Shown: positions 35,377 through 49,395, counted from the first letter of the whole stretch. The stretch: DNA of 63,745 nt, filler included, from Folioceros fuciformis (GCA_049999805.1; 20 parts of 20 records of this genome joined end to end with filler, not necessarily neighbours in it); one strand, 5' to 3'. Numbers and translations are program-made. Notes: generated from the sequence alone by a model not told the origin.

Positions 35377-37321
35377 ATGACCTCAGGTGCCAACACCTCT
35401 TTGGACCAGCTCATCCAGCAATTGAACTCCTTCTCTCTGAATACAACGACTACGATGGCCAGCAGCAGCTCCTCGGCACCAGCACCCGGTGCCATTCCGA
35501 TGTTCACTGAGCAGATAAAGGAGCAAGACCGCTTCAATGGCCAACGCTACCCCGTGTGGCGAGTCCGCATGAAGTCACTGCTCGTCGGCAGGGGCGTGTG
35601 GAAGGTGGTCGACCGGAGCTACCCCAAGCCGTCCCCAGCCTCCGTCCCTCCGCCCTCGGTTGCCGACGTAGAGCGATGGGACTTCCTCAACGGAATAGCC
35701 ATCGCCCTTATCACCAGCGGCTTGGACTCAAGCCTGGTCCCTGGTATCGAGTTCCTCACCGAGGCCTCTGCCATTTGGGACCAGCTCGCCAACACCTACA
35801 ATGTCAACAACGTCCTGACCCTCTACAGCGCCAGGCAGGAGTTCAACGCCCTCAGAATGAAGGAGTCCGACACAGTAGCTGCCCACACCTCAAGATTTCG
35901 ACAGCTACGAGGGCAACTGGCATCTCTCGGCTCGACGATGCCTGAGACGGACGCCGCCGCCCAACTATTGATGAGCTTGCCACATTCATATCAGCATTTC
36001 GTCACCAGTTTGATGCTGATGTCGACACGTGGTGTTGCTGGCTCCATCTCCTCTCTTACAGTGGAGGAGATTATTGGAGCGCTTTATCAACACGAGCAGA
36101 GCCGCCTTACGTCGGCAGGCGGGTCCAAGCCCAAGGCCGACAAGGCGCTTGCTGCTCGAGCCAGGCCCGGGAAGGCAAACGGGAAGCAAGTCAACACCTC
36201 CAAGGGCGCTTCGACCTCTGCTCCACCACGCCGGACGGGCAACTACAACTGGTGCGGCACTCCCGGCCACTGGGCATGGGAATGCCGAAAGAAGAAAGCT
36301 GGGGAACCTCTGAAGCCCGGCCTCCGACAGACGGCGGATGTGGCCGTCAAGGGCAAGACTGAAGACAGCAAGATCGTGAAGATTCTCACCATCTGCCTCA
36401 GCACCTAGCCCCGGCCAGATCAAGGGTGGTACTTGGACAGCGGTGCCACCGCCCATATCTGCAATGACGACGCCCTCTTCTCCAAGTTGGACCGACGTCC
36501 CGTCAGAGAGAGGGTCCTCCTCGGCGACGAACAGAATAAGTCAAGCTTACCCATCCTTGGACACGGGACCTGTGATCCTAACCTTAGAACCAGTACTTTA
36601 TATGCCACAGATGGGCAAGAACCTTGTATCCCTTAGCCAGTTACTGCGGCACAGTTCACTAGAAGTCAACTTTTCCCGTGACTCCTGCTGCTTTTACAGA
36701 CCAGATAGTCCTGATCTATGCCTAATGGGAGCCATCCCCCAAGATGGTTTGTACAGACTTACTCTTAACAGCAAACAAGGACCTCTTGCTTACGTCGCTA
36801 GACAGTCAGCCGAAGACCTGGCTGCCCTATGGCATGCTAGGCTAGGTCACATTAACAAGCACAAGCTCATATCCATGTCCTCACTAGGTCTCTACCAAGA
36901 GCCACTCCCTAGATGTTTCCAACACTTGTCAGTCTGCGAATCCTGTGTCCTCACCAAGCAGAAGGAGTCTCCCTTCCCGAAGGGGGCACATAGGGCTGAG
37001 GCCGTGCTAGCCTTAGTTCATGCCGACATATCCGGGAAGATTCAGACTCCCTCCCTCGGTGGTGCTATATACTATCTCACCCTCACAGATGACTTCAGCA
37101 GATACTCTTGGACCTTTCCAATGCATCTGAAGAGCGAGACGTTCACATACTTCAGTGAGTGGCTCACAGTGGCTGAACGCCAGGCTGACCAGAAACTGAA
37201 GACCTTGCGGAGCGACAATGGCACGAAGTTTGTCAACCACGAGTTTGATGTTTTCCTCCTGGAGCGAGGAATTCAGAGACAACTCACGGTACCTTACACT
37301 CCACAGCAGAATGGAGTAGCG
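35377..37321 (+). mobile_element. Ty1/copia gag-protease-integrase, same family as 863-5110
   Basis: Shared VKILTICLS, GDEQxxxSLP, LVHADISGK. TAG at 36406 and a frameshift near 36575. Confidence 0.95.
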
Positions 37322-37778
37322 NNNNNNNNNNNNNNNNNNNNNNNNNNNNNNNNNNNNNNNNNNNNTTAATTAATTAANNNNNNNNNNNNNNNNNNNNNNN
37401 NNNNNNNNNNNNNNNNNNNNNTGCTTCATCACGATTGCTTGGAGCCATGGCCTGCGGCGTGTGAAAGAACCTTTCAACAACATTTTATGAGCAGCCAACC
37501 ACAACGTTTTATTAGACGTATTTCCAATCGAGGCCCTGTTCATCATTCACCTTCATTATTTTCTCGTAGTTTTCTACAACGACAACTTGAAGCTGATTTG
37601 AGGGAAGCATCTCATCAGATCCATAATTTACAAGATTTTCTCTCTATTCTTCTAACTGGAATTCAACAATTATTTTTGCTGTCTACTCCAACTGAAGAGG
37701 AGAAGCGTGTGCATGAGGCTAGGTTATTTTCACCGGGACGCCCACGTGCGCCCCGCTCTTAATATTTGAATATTGGAC

Positions 37779-38965
37779 ATGCAGCCAGGTTCGCCCTCAT
37801 CAGCGTCTGGCGAATTTAATGAAGGCGAAGATGTGGACCTTGGTAGATTGGAGTTGCAAGAGGAACCTACTTCACCTGTTGTCAATCCCACAACTGGTAT
37901 TGATGAACAGCAAGGCACATCTCCCTCTTTTGACTATTTGAGAAATTTTTGGGGCAATCCCACACAGCCTAGGCCAGGCTTAGGTAGTGTTCCTTCTCCT
38001 ACAGCAGGCAACCCTGCTGGTTCCGCAAGCACCCTTGCAGGTACAGCAGGCAACCCTGCTGCTGGAGTTGGAGTTTCTACTGGTCAAGCTGCAAATTTTG
38101 CACAAGCTATGGCGATCACTCCAGGTTCCTTGAAGATTGAATTCAAGGATAGGGATCGCTTTAATGGTAATGATTACCACATCTGGGCGATGAGGCTGAC
38201 CCAGATTTTGGAGGAGCATGAGCTCATGTCCGTTGTGGACGGGACAGAACCAAAACCAGCAACACATGCCAACAATGCAAATGCTCCTGATATTCTTGCA
38301 TGGCAAAGGAAGGACAGGCGAGCCCGATCCATCCTTTTGGCATCCCTTGACAGGAACATGATGCCGCACACTATGGATGCTGACACTTCAGCAGCAGTTT
38401 GGAACAACTTCAAACTCATCTATAGAGATAAGAGTTCTGTTTCCCTTGTTTTAGCACATCGGGATTTTTTCAATATTCGCATGAAGGATAATGAGACTGT
38501 TGAGTCTTATATCAATAAATTTCGCACAGCTCGTGCGACTCTTGCATATTGCGGGACTACCTTCACTGAGTTTCAAGCTGCTGTTTCCTTTCTAGCATCC
38601 CTGCCTGATAGTTATTCTCAGTTTATCAGTTCTCAGAATGCAACTCTTCAAGCAGCTGGACCTGGCGCCAATGTGACGTTGGAGCAGATATTTGGAGCTT
38701 TGATTGCTGAAGAACGCCGTAGGAGCCTTCACAAGTCAAAGCCTACCATGCAGCAAGGTAGCAGAGTTTTGTTTGCTTCTAGAGGACGCGGAGGCAATCA
38801 TGGCAGAGGACGTTGGGGCTCAACACGAGGAAGAGCTTCAACCTCTCGACAGCCCAACCTTCAAAGGCATACTTTTACTTGCAATTGGTGCAAGATACCA
38901 GGTCATTTTGAGAAGGACTGTAGGAAGAAAAGGGCTGGTGAGCCCCGGAAGGAAAGTTCAAGTTC
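37779..38965 (+). mobile_element. Ty1/copia gag with long N-terminal extension
   Basis: KDRDRFNGNDYHIW, FLASLPDSY, knuckle CNWCKIPGHFEKDC. Confidence 0.92.
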
Positions 38966-39447
38966 NNNNNNNNNNNNNNNNNNNNNNNNNNNNNNNNNNN
39001 NNNNNNNNNTTAATTAATTAANNNNNNNNNNNNNNNNNNNNNNNNNNNNNNNNNNNNNNNNNNNNGAGCTCGCATTTCTGATTCAGCGGGCAATCCAGGC
39101 CATGCTTGCGAGGGAAGAAGCTCTGGCTCGGTTGCCCATGCGCTGGTGTTTTTCCGGTGTGCAAGCGGGCGAGACTTGCACTCCGTTGATCTAAAACACC
39201 TACGCACAGCAAAGCTTGGTCCGTGGGGCATTGCGCTAGTTGCAGGAGCAGCAACCATGAGGCAGCCAGTTTGGAAGGCAGGAATACTGCAAGATCATAG
39301 TCCTACCTACTGAGCATGGAGCCGCGTAGTGGTCGGTTTGGAAAGGCAGTGCCGAGGAAGAAGATACGTCGGTCCTGATCAATGCGAAGCTAGGACGCAA
39401 GGGCACTTCTCGCCCAATGATTTCCCAGTGTACAAGTTCTTGCAAGC

Positions 39448-42340
39448 TTGAGGAACCTCTTTCAAGAGGTCGCTGATCATCCTGAAATGGGGGACGATGC
39501 TAATCGTGAGCGAGCTAGAAAAGACAAAGAGAGACAGGATAAATTTAAAGCTGATTTAGAGGACAAAAGGAGAGAGAGGGAAGAGAAGGAGCAGCAAGTT
39601 AGACTTAACTTTGAGCGTCTCCCTGCTGTTAAGATTGATTTCAAGGACAAAGATCGTCTTATCAGCGGCACGAACTATGATGTCTGGGTGATGCAGATGC
39701 AAGGCTTCCTCTGGGAGGCTGGTGTTTGGGGACATGTTAGTGGAGATATTCCAAGACCTGATGATGATATCCTCAGCTTCATATCCACATCACCTGAACA
39801 ACTTTGTTGGGACCAGCTGGATGAGAGAGCACAAGGAATTATCCGCATTGGCTTAAGTGAGCAAATGGCCCTGAGTGTCATAGATGCAAAGACATCAAAA
39901 GAAATGCGGGACCACCTGGCCATGGTCTACCATGCAAAGGACATGATGACCATGATGGCTGCCCAAACAAAATTTCACTCACTCAAGATGCGGGAAGGTG
40001 AGCCTATTGATCAGTTTGTAACACAGTTCAGAAATGCAAGACTGAAATTAGAGCAGACTGGAGCATGGATAAATGAACAAGATGCATGTGTGAGGTTCCT
40101 GGCAGCCTTACCCCCTAGTTACTCACACTTCGTGTCCAGTCAAAATGTTGTGCTGCGCATGGCCAGACAGTTGGCCCTGGTAGCGAATATAGATGAAAAT
40201 CAGGTGCCTGCACTTGAGTTTAATGAGCTTGTGGGAGCCCTCCTGTAGGAGGAGATGACGAGACATACTGCTAAACCTCCAAGAAATCAGGCACTCTTCA
40301 CAGCTAGGCCCAAGACCGTAGACCTGGACTGGCACAAGGCAGCAAGCCAGCCATCAAGAGCAACTGGACAGCCTCTAGTGGACCTGGTGAAGGGTCAGGA
40401 GCTAAGAAAAGAGTCGGAAATTGCAATTGGTGCGGACTTCCCAATCATTGGGAAAGAGACTGCAGGAAGAAGGAAAACGGGGAACTGAGGCGAGTCCCAT
40501 TACCTGAGGCGCACTCTGAGGCCAAGAAGGAGAAGACGTTGCCCTCAGTCCTGGTGGTTTGTTCTCCTCCTAGGCAGGAATCTCTGAGAGTTGCACCATC
40601 GTCGGAGTGTTGCATCGAACCTGGCAAGCTCCAAAGACATCGCTTTGCCCACCAGGCCCTTACAGTCTGCCTGAGTGCTTCCAGTGCATGCGAAGGCAGC
40701 TGGTACATAGACTCAAGGGCTATGTCCCATATCTGCTGTGACAGGTCAGCTTTCACCAACTATATACCAGACACTACGGAATAGAAGGTCCTTCTGGGTG
40801 GCAATAGCCAGCTAGAAGGACCTTAAAGGGAGTAGGGGAGGTTACTCTAACTCTCAAAAGTGGAGCTACCCTTACACTTTCTGGAGTCCTACATGTGCCC
40901 TTTATCACAAAGAACCTGCTGTCCGTGCATCAGATCACAAAGGATGTTTTCGTTGAAGTAGTCTTCAAACAGGGAATGTGCACTGTAAGTCGGTCAGGAA
41001 AGACTCTAGCAGTTGGAAGGCTGGTGAACGATCTGTTCCTATTGGATGCACGAAGTGTGCAAATACCATCTGCACAGGTAGCTAGAATCAGCCCAGCAGT
41101 AGACAGTGCAAGAGTAACGCACATCTGACATATGCGATTAGGACATCCTAATGCCACAAAGCTGTGCTATGGAGAAGACTGACCTGTATGCTGATGGGTT
41201 GCCCAAGAATTTGAGAAAATTCCCTTTTTGTGAGGCCTGCACATATGCGAAGCATCACGTTACAGCATTCCCAAAAGGTGGGGGCACTCGTGCCACAGGA
41301 CTACTACAATTGGTTCATGCTGACCTCTGTGGTCCAGTGTCCAAGGAGTCTTTCGGTGGAGGCAAGTATTTCCTATCGTTCATCGACGATTACAACAGGT
41401 ATGCACATGTCTATGTGCTACGGAACAAAAGTGAGGCATTTGACAGTTTTAAACATTGCCAAGCATTGGTTGAAAGGTAGTTGGGAGTAAAAATCTTGTG
41501 CCTTCGTACTGATAATGGAGGGGAGTTCGACTCCGATGCCTTTAATGCACATTGTCAATCTCTTGGGATTGCAAGGCAATTTACTGTTCCCTACAGTTCG
41601 TCACAAAATGGGGTTGCTAAGCGCTGGAACAGATCTGCACAAGACATCACAAGAGCACTGTTAAAACAGGCAAAATTGCCTCTGGCCTATTGGGGTGAGG
41701 CCGTAAGCACAACAACATACCTTCATAATCGACTTCCTTTGAGTGCTATGCAGGGACGGACCCCGCATGAACTCTGGTGTGGCAAGGTGCCTTCCATTCA
41801 GCACCTTCGAGTGTTTGGGTCCCCCGCCTATGCCCACGTCCCTAAGTAGAAGAGGCAACATGCTAAACTATCGGATCGAGCAATGAAACGAGTGTTCATT
41901 GGCTACACTGACGGGATCAAGGCGTACAAACTTTTTGATCCACTTACTAAACAAGTGGAGTATGCTCGCAGTGTGGTATTTGATGAAGCCTCTCTGCTGG
42001 AGCCATCATCAGGTATGCCTGCTCCTCATGCTCAAGGGGAGGATACAATAGCAATACCTGCAGCAGCACCAGAATCGGCATTAGAACCTGCTGTGTTTGA
42101 CCAGTCGGAGCATGGCATGACTCATGACGAGGAGGCCTCGTTTGACCTCAATGAGGATGCGTTGGCTGACGAGGGAGCGTATGTACCTGAGCAAGTGTTA
42201 GATGATTATTCAGGAGGTGACGCATTTGTGGGAGAATCTGTCCCGGAAGCGGAAGTACCTGCAGCACCTATCGTAATGCCACGGAGGTCAGGAAGGACCC
42301 GAGCTCCACCTGTTCCCTATCAGTCTGAACAGTGGATGGG
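39448..42340 (+). mobile_element. Ty1/copia gag-protease-integrase, disrupted
   Basis: FLAALPPSY, knuckle near 40420-40465, WYIDSRAMSH, VHADLCGP, LRTDNGGEF. Confidence 0.93.
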
Positions 42341-42440
42341 NNNNNNNNNNNNNNNNNNNNNNNNNNNNNNNNNNNNNNNNNNNNTTAATTAATTAANNNN
42401 NNNNNNNNNNNNNNNNNNNNNNNNNNNNNNNNNNNNNNNN

Positions 42441-42491
42441 AACCCTTTTTCAACCAAAACAAACTACTACCCCAAACTTTGGAGGTTCACA
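42441..42491 (-). mobile_element. LTR terminus (TGTGAACCTCC family)
   Basis: Reverse complement of the sequence starting at 14553. Confidence 0.8.
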
Positions 42492-42493
42492 GG

Positions 42494-43974
42494 GATGTTG
42501 AAGAGCTGCAGCAGTAACACCCCCTTCCACGGGGTGGGGCAGAACTACGCAGTTAGAAGCCAAAACAGGGATCAAGTTTAAACACCGGACACAGCACTAG
42601 GCCTCCAAGTAGCCCGCCCTCCTCTTCTAGGAGGACTCGCAGCCAGCACCCTTGCTGCTGCTCTTTATTCAAATCACGAGTCAACAAGAACATACAGAGC
42701 TGGAGGACTAGAGAGAACTCTCCATCTTTGCCTAAGCTAGGAGTTTAGCTCTCCCTTCTCTTGGCCTCCTCCCACAGCTCCTTCACAGCACCTTTCATGT
42801 GCTCTCACAGCTCAAGCAACACATGCTCTCAAGGCATAGCCCCAAGCACCCAGTGCTCTCAAGGCTTTGAGGAGATACTCATCTCAACTCCACTGTACTG
42901 AACTTCCCTTAGCCCTTAGCTAGGTCCCCTTTTATACACAAGCTCAAGTCACTAACTTAGCAACTACTTACTTAAGCACTTACTTAAGCCTTAAGCTATT
43001 ATTCACTACCACACACTTTTTCCTAGGGCTGCATGCTTCTCATGCTCTCTTAGTAACCTGCTCTGCTAAACATGCCTTTGCATGGAGCTTACTTGCTTGG
43101 CACTCAAACCAACGTTGTTACTGCAGCCGCGAATTTCAATGGCTTTGCAACAGCTTGTGCTGGTTCTGGGTGGGAGTATTAGTCTGTCCCCATCGCCACC
43201 CTCCTCCCAAATGCACCTACCTCACCCACGCCGGCAACGCACCCGCCTTCCAACCTTTCCAGATGTGGTGCTTGGGGATTTCTTCGATGGACTACCACGG
43301 CCGGTGGAGAAGGAGGAAAGAAAGCGGTGGAGGCAGGTGCGGCAGAAGGTGTTGATTGCTGTTGGCAGATGTGCCTCCCTCAGCTGACTGAAATGGTTGC
43401 CTCTTGACATCTACGAGGAGGGGCGAGAAGATGAGGTGGAAGCCCTGTTCGGAGGTTTGAAATCGATTGCCAACTACTCGGCCTTAGAAACGTTGGATTT
43501 GGAAGGGCGCAGCGGTGTGGGGGGGAGTGAAGCTGGATGTGCTGCCCTGGTGGGCTTCCTCCGCTTCAATCCCAGCATCCGTCATTTGCTATTGGAGCGT
43601 ACAGGCCTGAAGCCAGACGGGCTGGGCCAGTTGGTGCGGGGGCTGGAAGTGAATCCCCACCGCCCTCTCCGCTCTCTGAATCTGTCAGAGAACGAGCTGG
43701 GAGCTGGTGAAGGCGATGCAGCAGGATGTGAGGGCGGGGCTTTGCAGGTAGCGAACCTGCTTCAGGCCACCGTGTGCCCCAACCTGCAAAAGCTGGACAT
43801 CAGGAATATCGGGTTGGATTTGGAAGGTGCAGACATGATAGGTCGGGCTTTGGCGAAGAACTCGTCGGTGCGGTCGTTGAAAGTGGGAGGGAAGAATGAC
43901 AAAGGGGTAGCGTTACTTCTTCGGACGGGACTGGCGAGGGAGAGGGAGAGGGAGATGGAGAGTTGCCCCACCCA
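42494..43974 (+). pseudogene. Ribonuclease-inhibitor-type LRR protein (TORNADO1-like N-terminus), interrupted
   Basis: LETLDL, LRSLNLSENELG, LQKLDIRNIGL, LAKNSSVRSL. Removing the solo LTR restores DVEELQPRISM... in frame. One TGA at 43385. Confidence 0.7.
42513..43122 (-). mobile_element. 610-bp solo LTR with AGT...ACT termini and 5-bp TSD GCAGC
   Basis: AGTAACA...TGTTACT inverted ends; GCAGC at 42508-42512 and 43123-43127; minus-strand TATAAAA near 42930 and AATAAA near 42665. Confidence 0.75.
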
Positions 43975-44074
43975 NNNNNNNNNNNNNNNNNNNNNNNNNN
44001 NNNNNNNNNNNNNNNNNNTTAATTAATTAANNNNNNNNNNNNNNNNNNNNNNNNNNNNNNNNNNNNNNNNNNNN

Positions 44075-45132
44075 AAGTGAGTGTTTCACACATTTTAAAG
44101 CTTATCTCAAGTTTGCTGAACGTTGGACAGGGAAGCAGCTTAAAACCCTGCATTCAGATAACGGTGGGGAATTTACCTCACATGAGTTTCAAGCTTTCTG
44201 TACCAATGAGGGCATTGGGCGACAGTTAACAGTGGTTTATACACCCCAACATAACGGAGTGGCTGAGCATATGAACCTCACTTTGCAAGAGATTACCTCT
44301 TCTTTGCTGAATAATGCTCACCTTCCTCTGCCTTACTGGGCAGAAGCCCTCATCACAGCTGTTTATTTGAGAAACAGACTTCCAACCACTATTGTTTCAG
44401 GGATGACTCCCTACGAAGCCTTCTATGGGCATAAGCCAAAGATTCAACATCTCAGGACTTTCGGATGTGTTGCCTACGCCTTTATTCCTCGTGAAAAATC
44501 CAAGAAGCTGTTTAACAAGGCACAGAAGTTGCTGATGTTAGGGTACACAGAGGGGATTAAGGCATACAAGCTGTATGACGTATCCACAAATCAGGTTACA
44601 TACTCCAGGAGTGTTACCTTTTGACGAAAAGTGTTTCTGGCCAGTGGGAGTTGCTGATGATGCTTCTCCTGCTGATGATGCTGCTCCTGACAGTTGGGAA
44701 CGTCTTGATCTGGATGTTTCTCACTTTGAGGACCTTCCTGAGGATGTTGCTCCTGCAGGTGGGGATCAAGAGGATCAGCTTCAGCTAGCACCCAAACTTG
44801 AGCCTGTCCCAGACCAGGAAATCTTGGAAAATATTGCTGATCCTATACAGGAGCCACCTCCTCATGATCTCTTACCTCCTGACCCTGTTTCAGAACAGGA
44901 GGAAGACGAGGTAGCAGCTGAGGCTGTTTCAGAAGATGCTGAACAAGTCAATCTTGATGATCTGGACCCTCAGCGTGAGCAGCCAGAACGTCGTTATCCT
45001 CAACGTATTCGACGACCTCTAGACTTCTACCAATCCCATGATTTCAGGCCAGCTGAAGCACATGCCACATTGTTGGACCCCGTCAAGCCACAGTCATACG
45101 AGGAAGCACTCAGGAGGCCTGATTCTGCAGAA
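44075..45132 (+). mobile_element. Ty1/copia integrase C-terminus and linker
   Basis: DNGGEF, YTPQHNGVAE, HLRTFGC, KAYKLYD. Confidence 0.92.
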
Positions 45133-45232
45133 NNNNNNNNNNNNNNNNNNNNNNNNNNNNNNNNNNNNNNNNNNNNTTAATTAATTAANNNNNNNNNNNN
45201 NNNNNNNNNNNNNNNNNNNNNNNNNNNNNNNN

Positions 45233-45539
45233 ACACTGACATACCCAGATACCCGTTCCTATGTTCAAACCATTATTTTTATTATTTAATATTATTATAT
45301 TATTTAATCATTAATATTATATATCTTTAATTAATATTAAACTAATCACCAGACCTAGACTAAACCAAACCAACTATTTCTTGGTCAATTAACCTAATTA
45401 GCACAAAGAAAAATAGGAAAAATGACCAGAAAATAAAGGAAAATTAAGGAAAATAAGTTGAAAAAGAAAACCAAACCATACCACTATTAACCCTTTTCCA
45501 ACCAAAACAAACTACTACCCCAAACTTTGGAGGTTCACA
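45233..45539 (-). mobile_element. LTR 5' part (TGTGAACCTCC family)
   Basis: About 200 bp are near-identical to the reverse complement of 14553-14730. Confidence 0.85.
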
Positions 45540-45633
45540 AGTGACAAGATTGCAAGTCTGGAAAGGACTGTCTGAGATGCAGTGTGGAGTCGCCAAGGGT
45601 GGAGGTCCCATTGTTGGAGGAACTTCTTTTTTT

Positions 45634-48600
45634 TTATTGTGGCTGCTGTGCTCCCCTTGTAGCTGCGCCAGAGGGTGGATTGCAGAGGCCTAAATAGGTC
45701 TCCTTGCTGATAAGACCAATGCCTTGTACATGTCTCTCATGCAGGTGCTTTAATAAACCCTTGGTCATAAGATCTGCAGTGTTATCTGTTGTATTCACGT
45801 ATTGCAGTGTTACTTGCTTACTAGCTACCACTTGCCTAATAAAGTGATGCTGTATCTCCACGTGTTTAGTTCGTGCATGCAGGACGGGGTTCAGAGTCAT
45901 AGCTATTGCTGATTGATTGTCACACTGGAGAACTATAGGCTGATGCTACTCCTCTCCGATATCTTTCAGGAATTGTTGAATCCACAAAATTTCCTTCGCT
46001 GCTAGTGAGGTTGCTGCGTATTCTGCCTCTGTTGAAGAGAGGCATAAAGTGGGCATCTTCTTACACGCCCATGAGATGCATCCCCCATTCATCATCATAC
46101 AGTAAGCAGCTGTGGATCGTCGAGCATCTGGGTCTCCTGCCTAGTCTGCATCTGAGAAGGAGGTAAGTGTAAGCTTCTGGTTAGGATCGCTTCCATAGTA
46201 AAGGCCAAGTGTTTTTGTGCCCTTCAAGTATCGCAGGATACGCTTAACATGTGTCCAGTGTGCCACTCTAGGGTTTGAGAGATATCGTGAGGCAATATTA
46301 ATGGCTTGAGCCACATCTGGTCGAGTCCAGATAGCCAAGTACAAAATACTTCCTACTGCCTCGCTATAAGGTATATTTACCATCTCCATTTGCTCCTCTG
46401 GAGTAGTAGGGCAGTTTTCTGCTGATATTTTATCACTTGATGCAATAGGGGTTGCAACAGGCTTTGCCTCTTTGAGGTTGAAGCGTTCCAGCAGCTGTTC
46501 AACATAATGTGATTAATGTATGAAGAACGTATGATTCTTGGAATCTCTCTCAAATTGAACGCCAAGAGCGTATTTCAGCTGTCCAAGGTCAGAAACTTCA
46601 TACTCCTTGGTCAAAAGGTCTTTTACTTTCTGTATATAAGCCGAATCATTTCCAAAAATGAAATTCTCGTCAACGTAAAGTGTCATAATGGCGAACTTCT
46701 CTCCATTTCTCATAAGGTAAACACTGGGGTCAGCAATTAGTGGAACGAATCCACATTTCTTTAGATACTTATCTATGGTCTCGTTCCAAACCTGAGCCGA
46801 CTGTTTGAGGCCATACAGTGACTTCAGGAGCCGGCACACCTTCTTGCTGTCCTCCACAAACCCTTGTGGTTGCAACATATATATTTCTTCGTTAAGTGTC
46901 CCATATAAAAAAGCTGTTTTTATGTCAACCTGATGAATGTCGAGGTGGTAGTGTGCAGCAAAAGCCAAGAGAATTCGGATGGAGGTTGATTTGACAACTG
47001 GGCTATACAGACGATTCTCCTCGTAATCAAAATCAGGGATCTGTGTAAATCCTCTAGCGACAAGTCGTCCTTTATACCTTGACACTGTGCCGTCAGGATT
47101 TAGCTTCTTCCGAAATGTCCATTTACATGATATGGGCTTTCTGCTCGGGGGCAAGTTTGTCAATTCCCAAGTCTTATTAGCAATAAGGGATTCATACTCA
47201 TCTTTTGCAGCTGCTGTCCACTCTGGAGATTTAAAAGCCTCTTCTATTGTAAGTGGGACTCCCTGCATTTTGATTGCCGATAATGCTTGGTGAAGAGCTA
47301 TTTGAGCTTGCTGCTGTTGAGTATCTGCAGGTGTTTCAACTGCTGTAATTTGCCTCTGAGTAAGGGTATCTTCTAGTACGTATGGAGGTTCCTTCCATGC
47401 ATCTCGAGGAGGCCTATGGCGAGATGATCGTCTGGGAAGTTGCTGCAAAGGTTCTGTGGTAGGTAAAAAAGGTTCAGGAGTACCTGGGGTTTCGTTTACC
47501 TCTGTATGCTGACTTGAAACAGGAGGTTGATAAAGAGGTGGTGTCTGAGGAAGGGAGACTACAAGCTGAGGGTCTGGGATAGAAAATTGTTGATGTACCT
47601 CTTGAGATTGTGAGTCAAGATCACCAGGATCATAATGGGCCCCCTCAAGATTAAGAGGGGCATCAGCGAATGAGTGACCATAAAGGCTGGGATCAGGAAG
47701 AGGAGTAGTAGTTTGAGTACTGGTGAGGTAATAGTTTAATACGCTGCCTTCGTTAAACTAAGCACTTCTAGAGTAAATGACCTCTCGGCTATGGGGGTCA
47801 AATAACCTGTATGCCTTGACGTGATATGAATACCCTATAAATAGGAGTTTTCGACTTTTGTCATCCCATTTACTGCGATTTGCGTCAGCGATGTGCGCAA
47901 AGGCTAGGCTCCCAAAAATACGTAAGTATGAGATTGTAGGAGAACGACCTGTCCATCTTTCAAAAGGTGTGACATTTGGCAGGTCTTTGGTTGGGAGTCT
48001 ATTCTTAAGATAGGTAGCAGTGGAGGTTGCCTCTGCCCAATAACCCTTAGTTAGACCTGCAAACTTAAGGAGTGACCTAGAAATTTCAAGGATGGACCGA
48101 TTGAGAAAATCTGCAAAAGGGTTTTGTGATGGGGTATGGGGAACAGTTAGCTGCCTAAGAATGCCCTTGAGTTTACAAAATGATTGGAAAGCTTGGCTTG
48201 TATACTCACCTGCATTGTATGTGCGTAGGGTACCAACTAAAAGGCCAGTTTGGTGTTCTACAGTGGTGAGGAACTCTTGGAAGTAATCGAGGGCTTCACT
48301 CTTATGTTTCAGAAAAAAAATGTGAGTATACCTACTCCACTCGTCCATAAAAGTGAGAAAATATGAGTGTCCTCCAAATGAAACTGTGCTCATAGGACCA
48401 CATATGTCAAAGTGGATGACTTCCAGAAGTCTTCTAGCCCTAGTAGCTTGAGGGTCTTTGAATGGAAATTGACTCAGTTTAGTATACTTACAGACTTCGC
48501 AGAAGAAATCCTGTGGTACATGGAGTTTAATTGGGTCTCTATACATCAAGGGATTAGAAAATGAGTTCAAATACCTCGGGTTGATGTGACCGGCACGGCA

Positions 48601-48799
48601 GTGCCATAGTAGAGAATTTGATTTATTGTGTTTTGAAGAGCTGTCTACCAACAAGGATGAGTGGGTTTGAATGTTCAGCAAGTATAAGTCATTATAAGGT
48701 AAACCATGAGCAAGGGCTGTATGATCAGGATCTTTTGCGTGGCTAATAGTGTAGTGGTTACCGACAAATGTGATTACCAGGTCATGCTCAGTTGCTAAC
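45634..48799 (-). mobile_element. Ty1/copia pol (integrase, RT, RNase H), disrupted
   Basis: LWHCRAGH, HFDICGP, CKWTFRKK, QVDIKTAFLYG, YVDE, FSDAD, HARTKHVEI. Confidence 0.95.
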
Positions 48800-49081
48800 N
48801 NNNNNNNNNNNNNNNNNNNNNNNNNNNNNNNNNNNNNNNNNNNTTAATTAATTAANNNNNNNNNNNNNNNNNNNNNNNNNNNNNNNNNNNNNNNNNNNNG
48901 CTGGGTCGCCAAGCGGGAGGAGGCCGGCTGCGTGGAGGAAATCAGGCAGGCGGCCCGGCAGGGCAAATGGTAGGTGCTGGCCGGATTGGCTGCAGGTGGT
49001 GGGCAGCAGTGCGAGGACTCCTGCTGCTCGTGGTGGCCTGGAGTAGCGGTTCGAACTGATTCGGGCATGGCGGGGTGTCAA

Positions 49082-49252
49082 AGCTGGATCTTCCAATGTG
49101 ACTACGAATTGCGTTGGGGAGCACACTGGGGATTGCGCACCTGCACCACGAGGCAAGCCCCCCGATTTTCCACAGAGCCATCAAGGCTAACAACATTTGG
49201 CTGGATGGAAAGCGGAATTCTAAGGTTGCGGATTTCGGGCGGTCAAAGCTGG
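49082..49252 (+). pseudogene. Receptor-like kinase fragment (subdomains VI-VII)
   Basis: [52 protein letters not shown]; catalytic HRD is mutated to HRA. Confidence 0.8.
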
Positions 49253-49395
49253 GCCGGTGCGGAACAAGAGGGGTTGAGTCTCGGGCATGGGTCGACGGTG
49301 GTGAAGATCTTGAAGAAGCATGATAACTAGACTGGGGGTGTCCTTTGCATGTCTTATATCCAGATTGTCCTGCACCAGCCTTCTACACGACGGAG

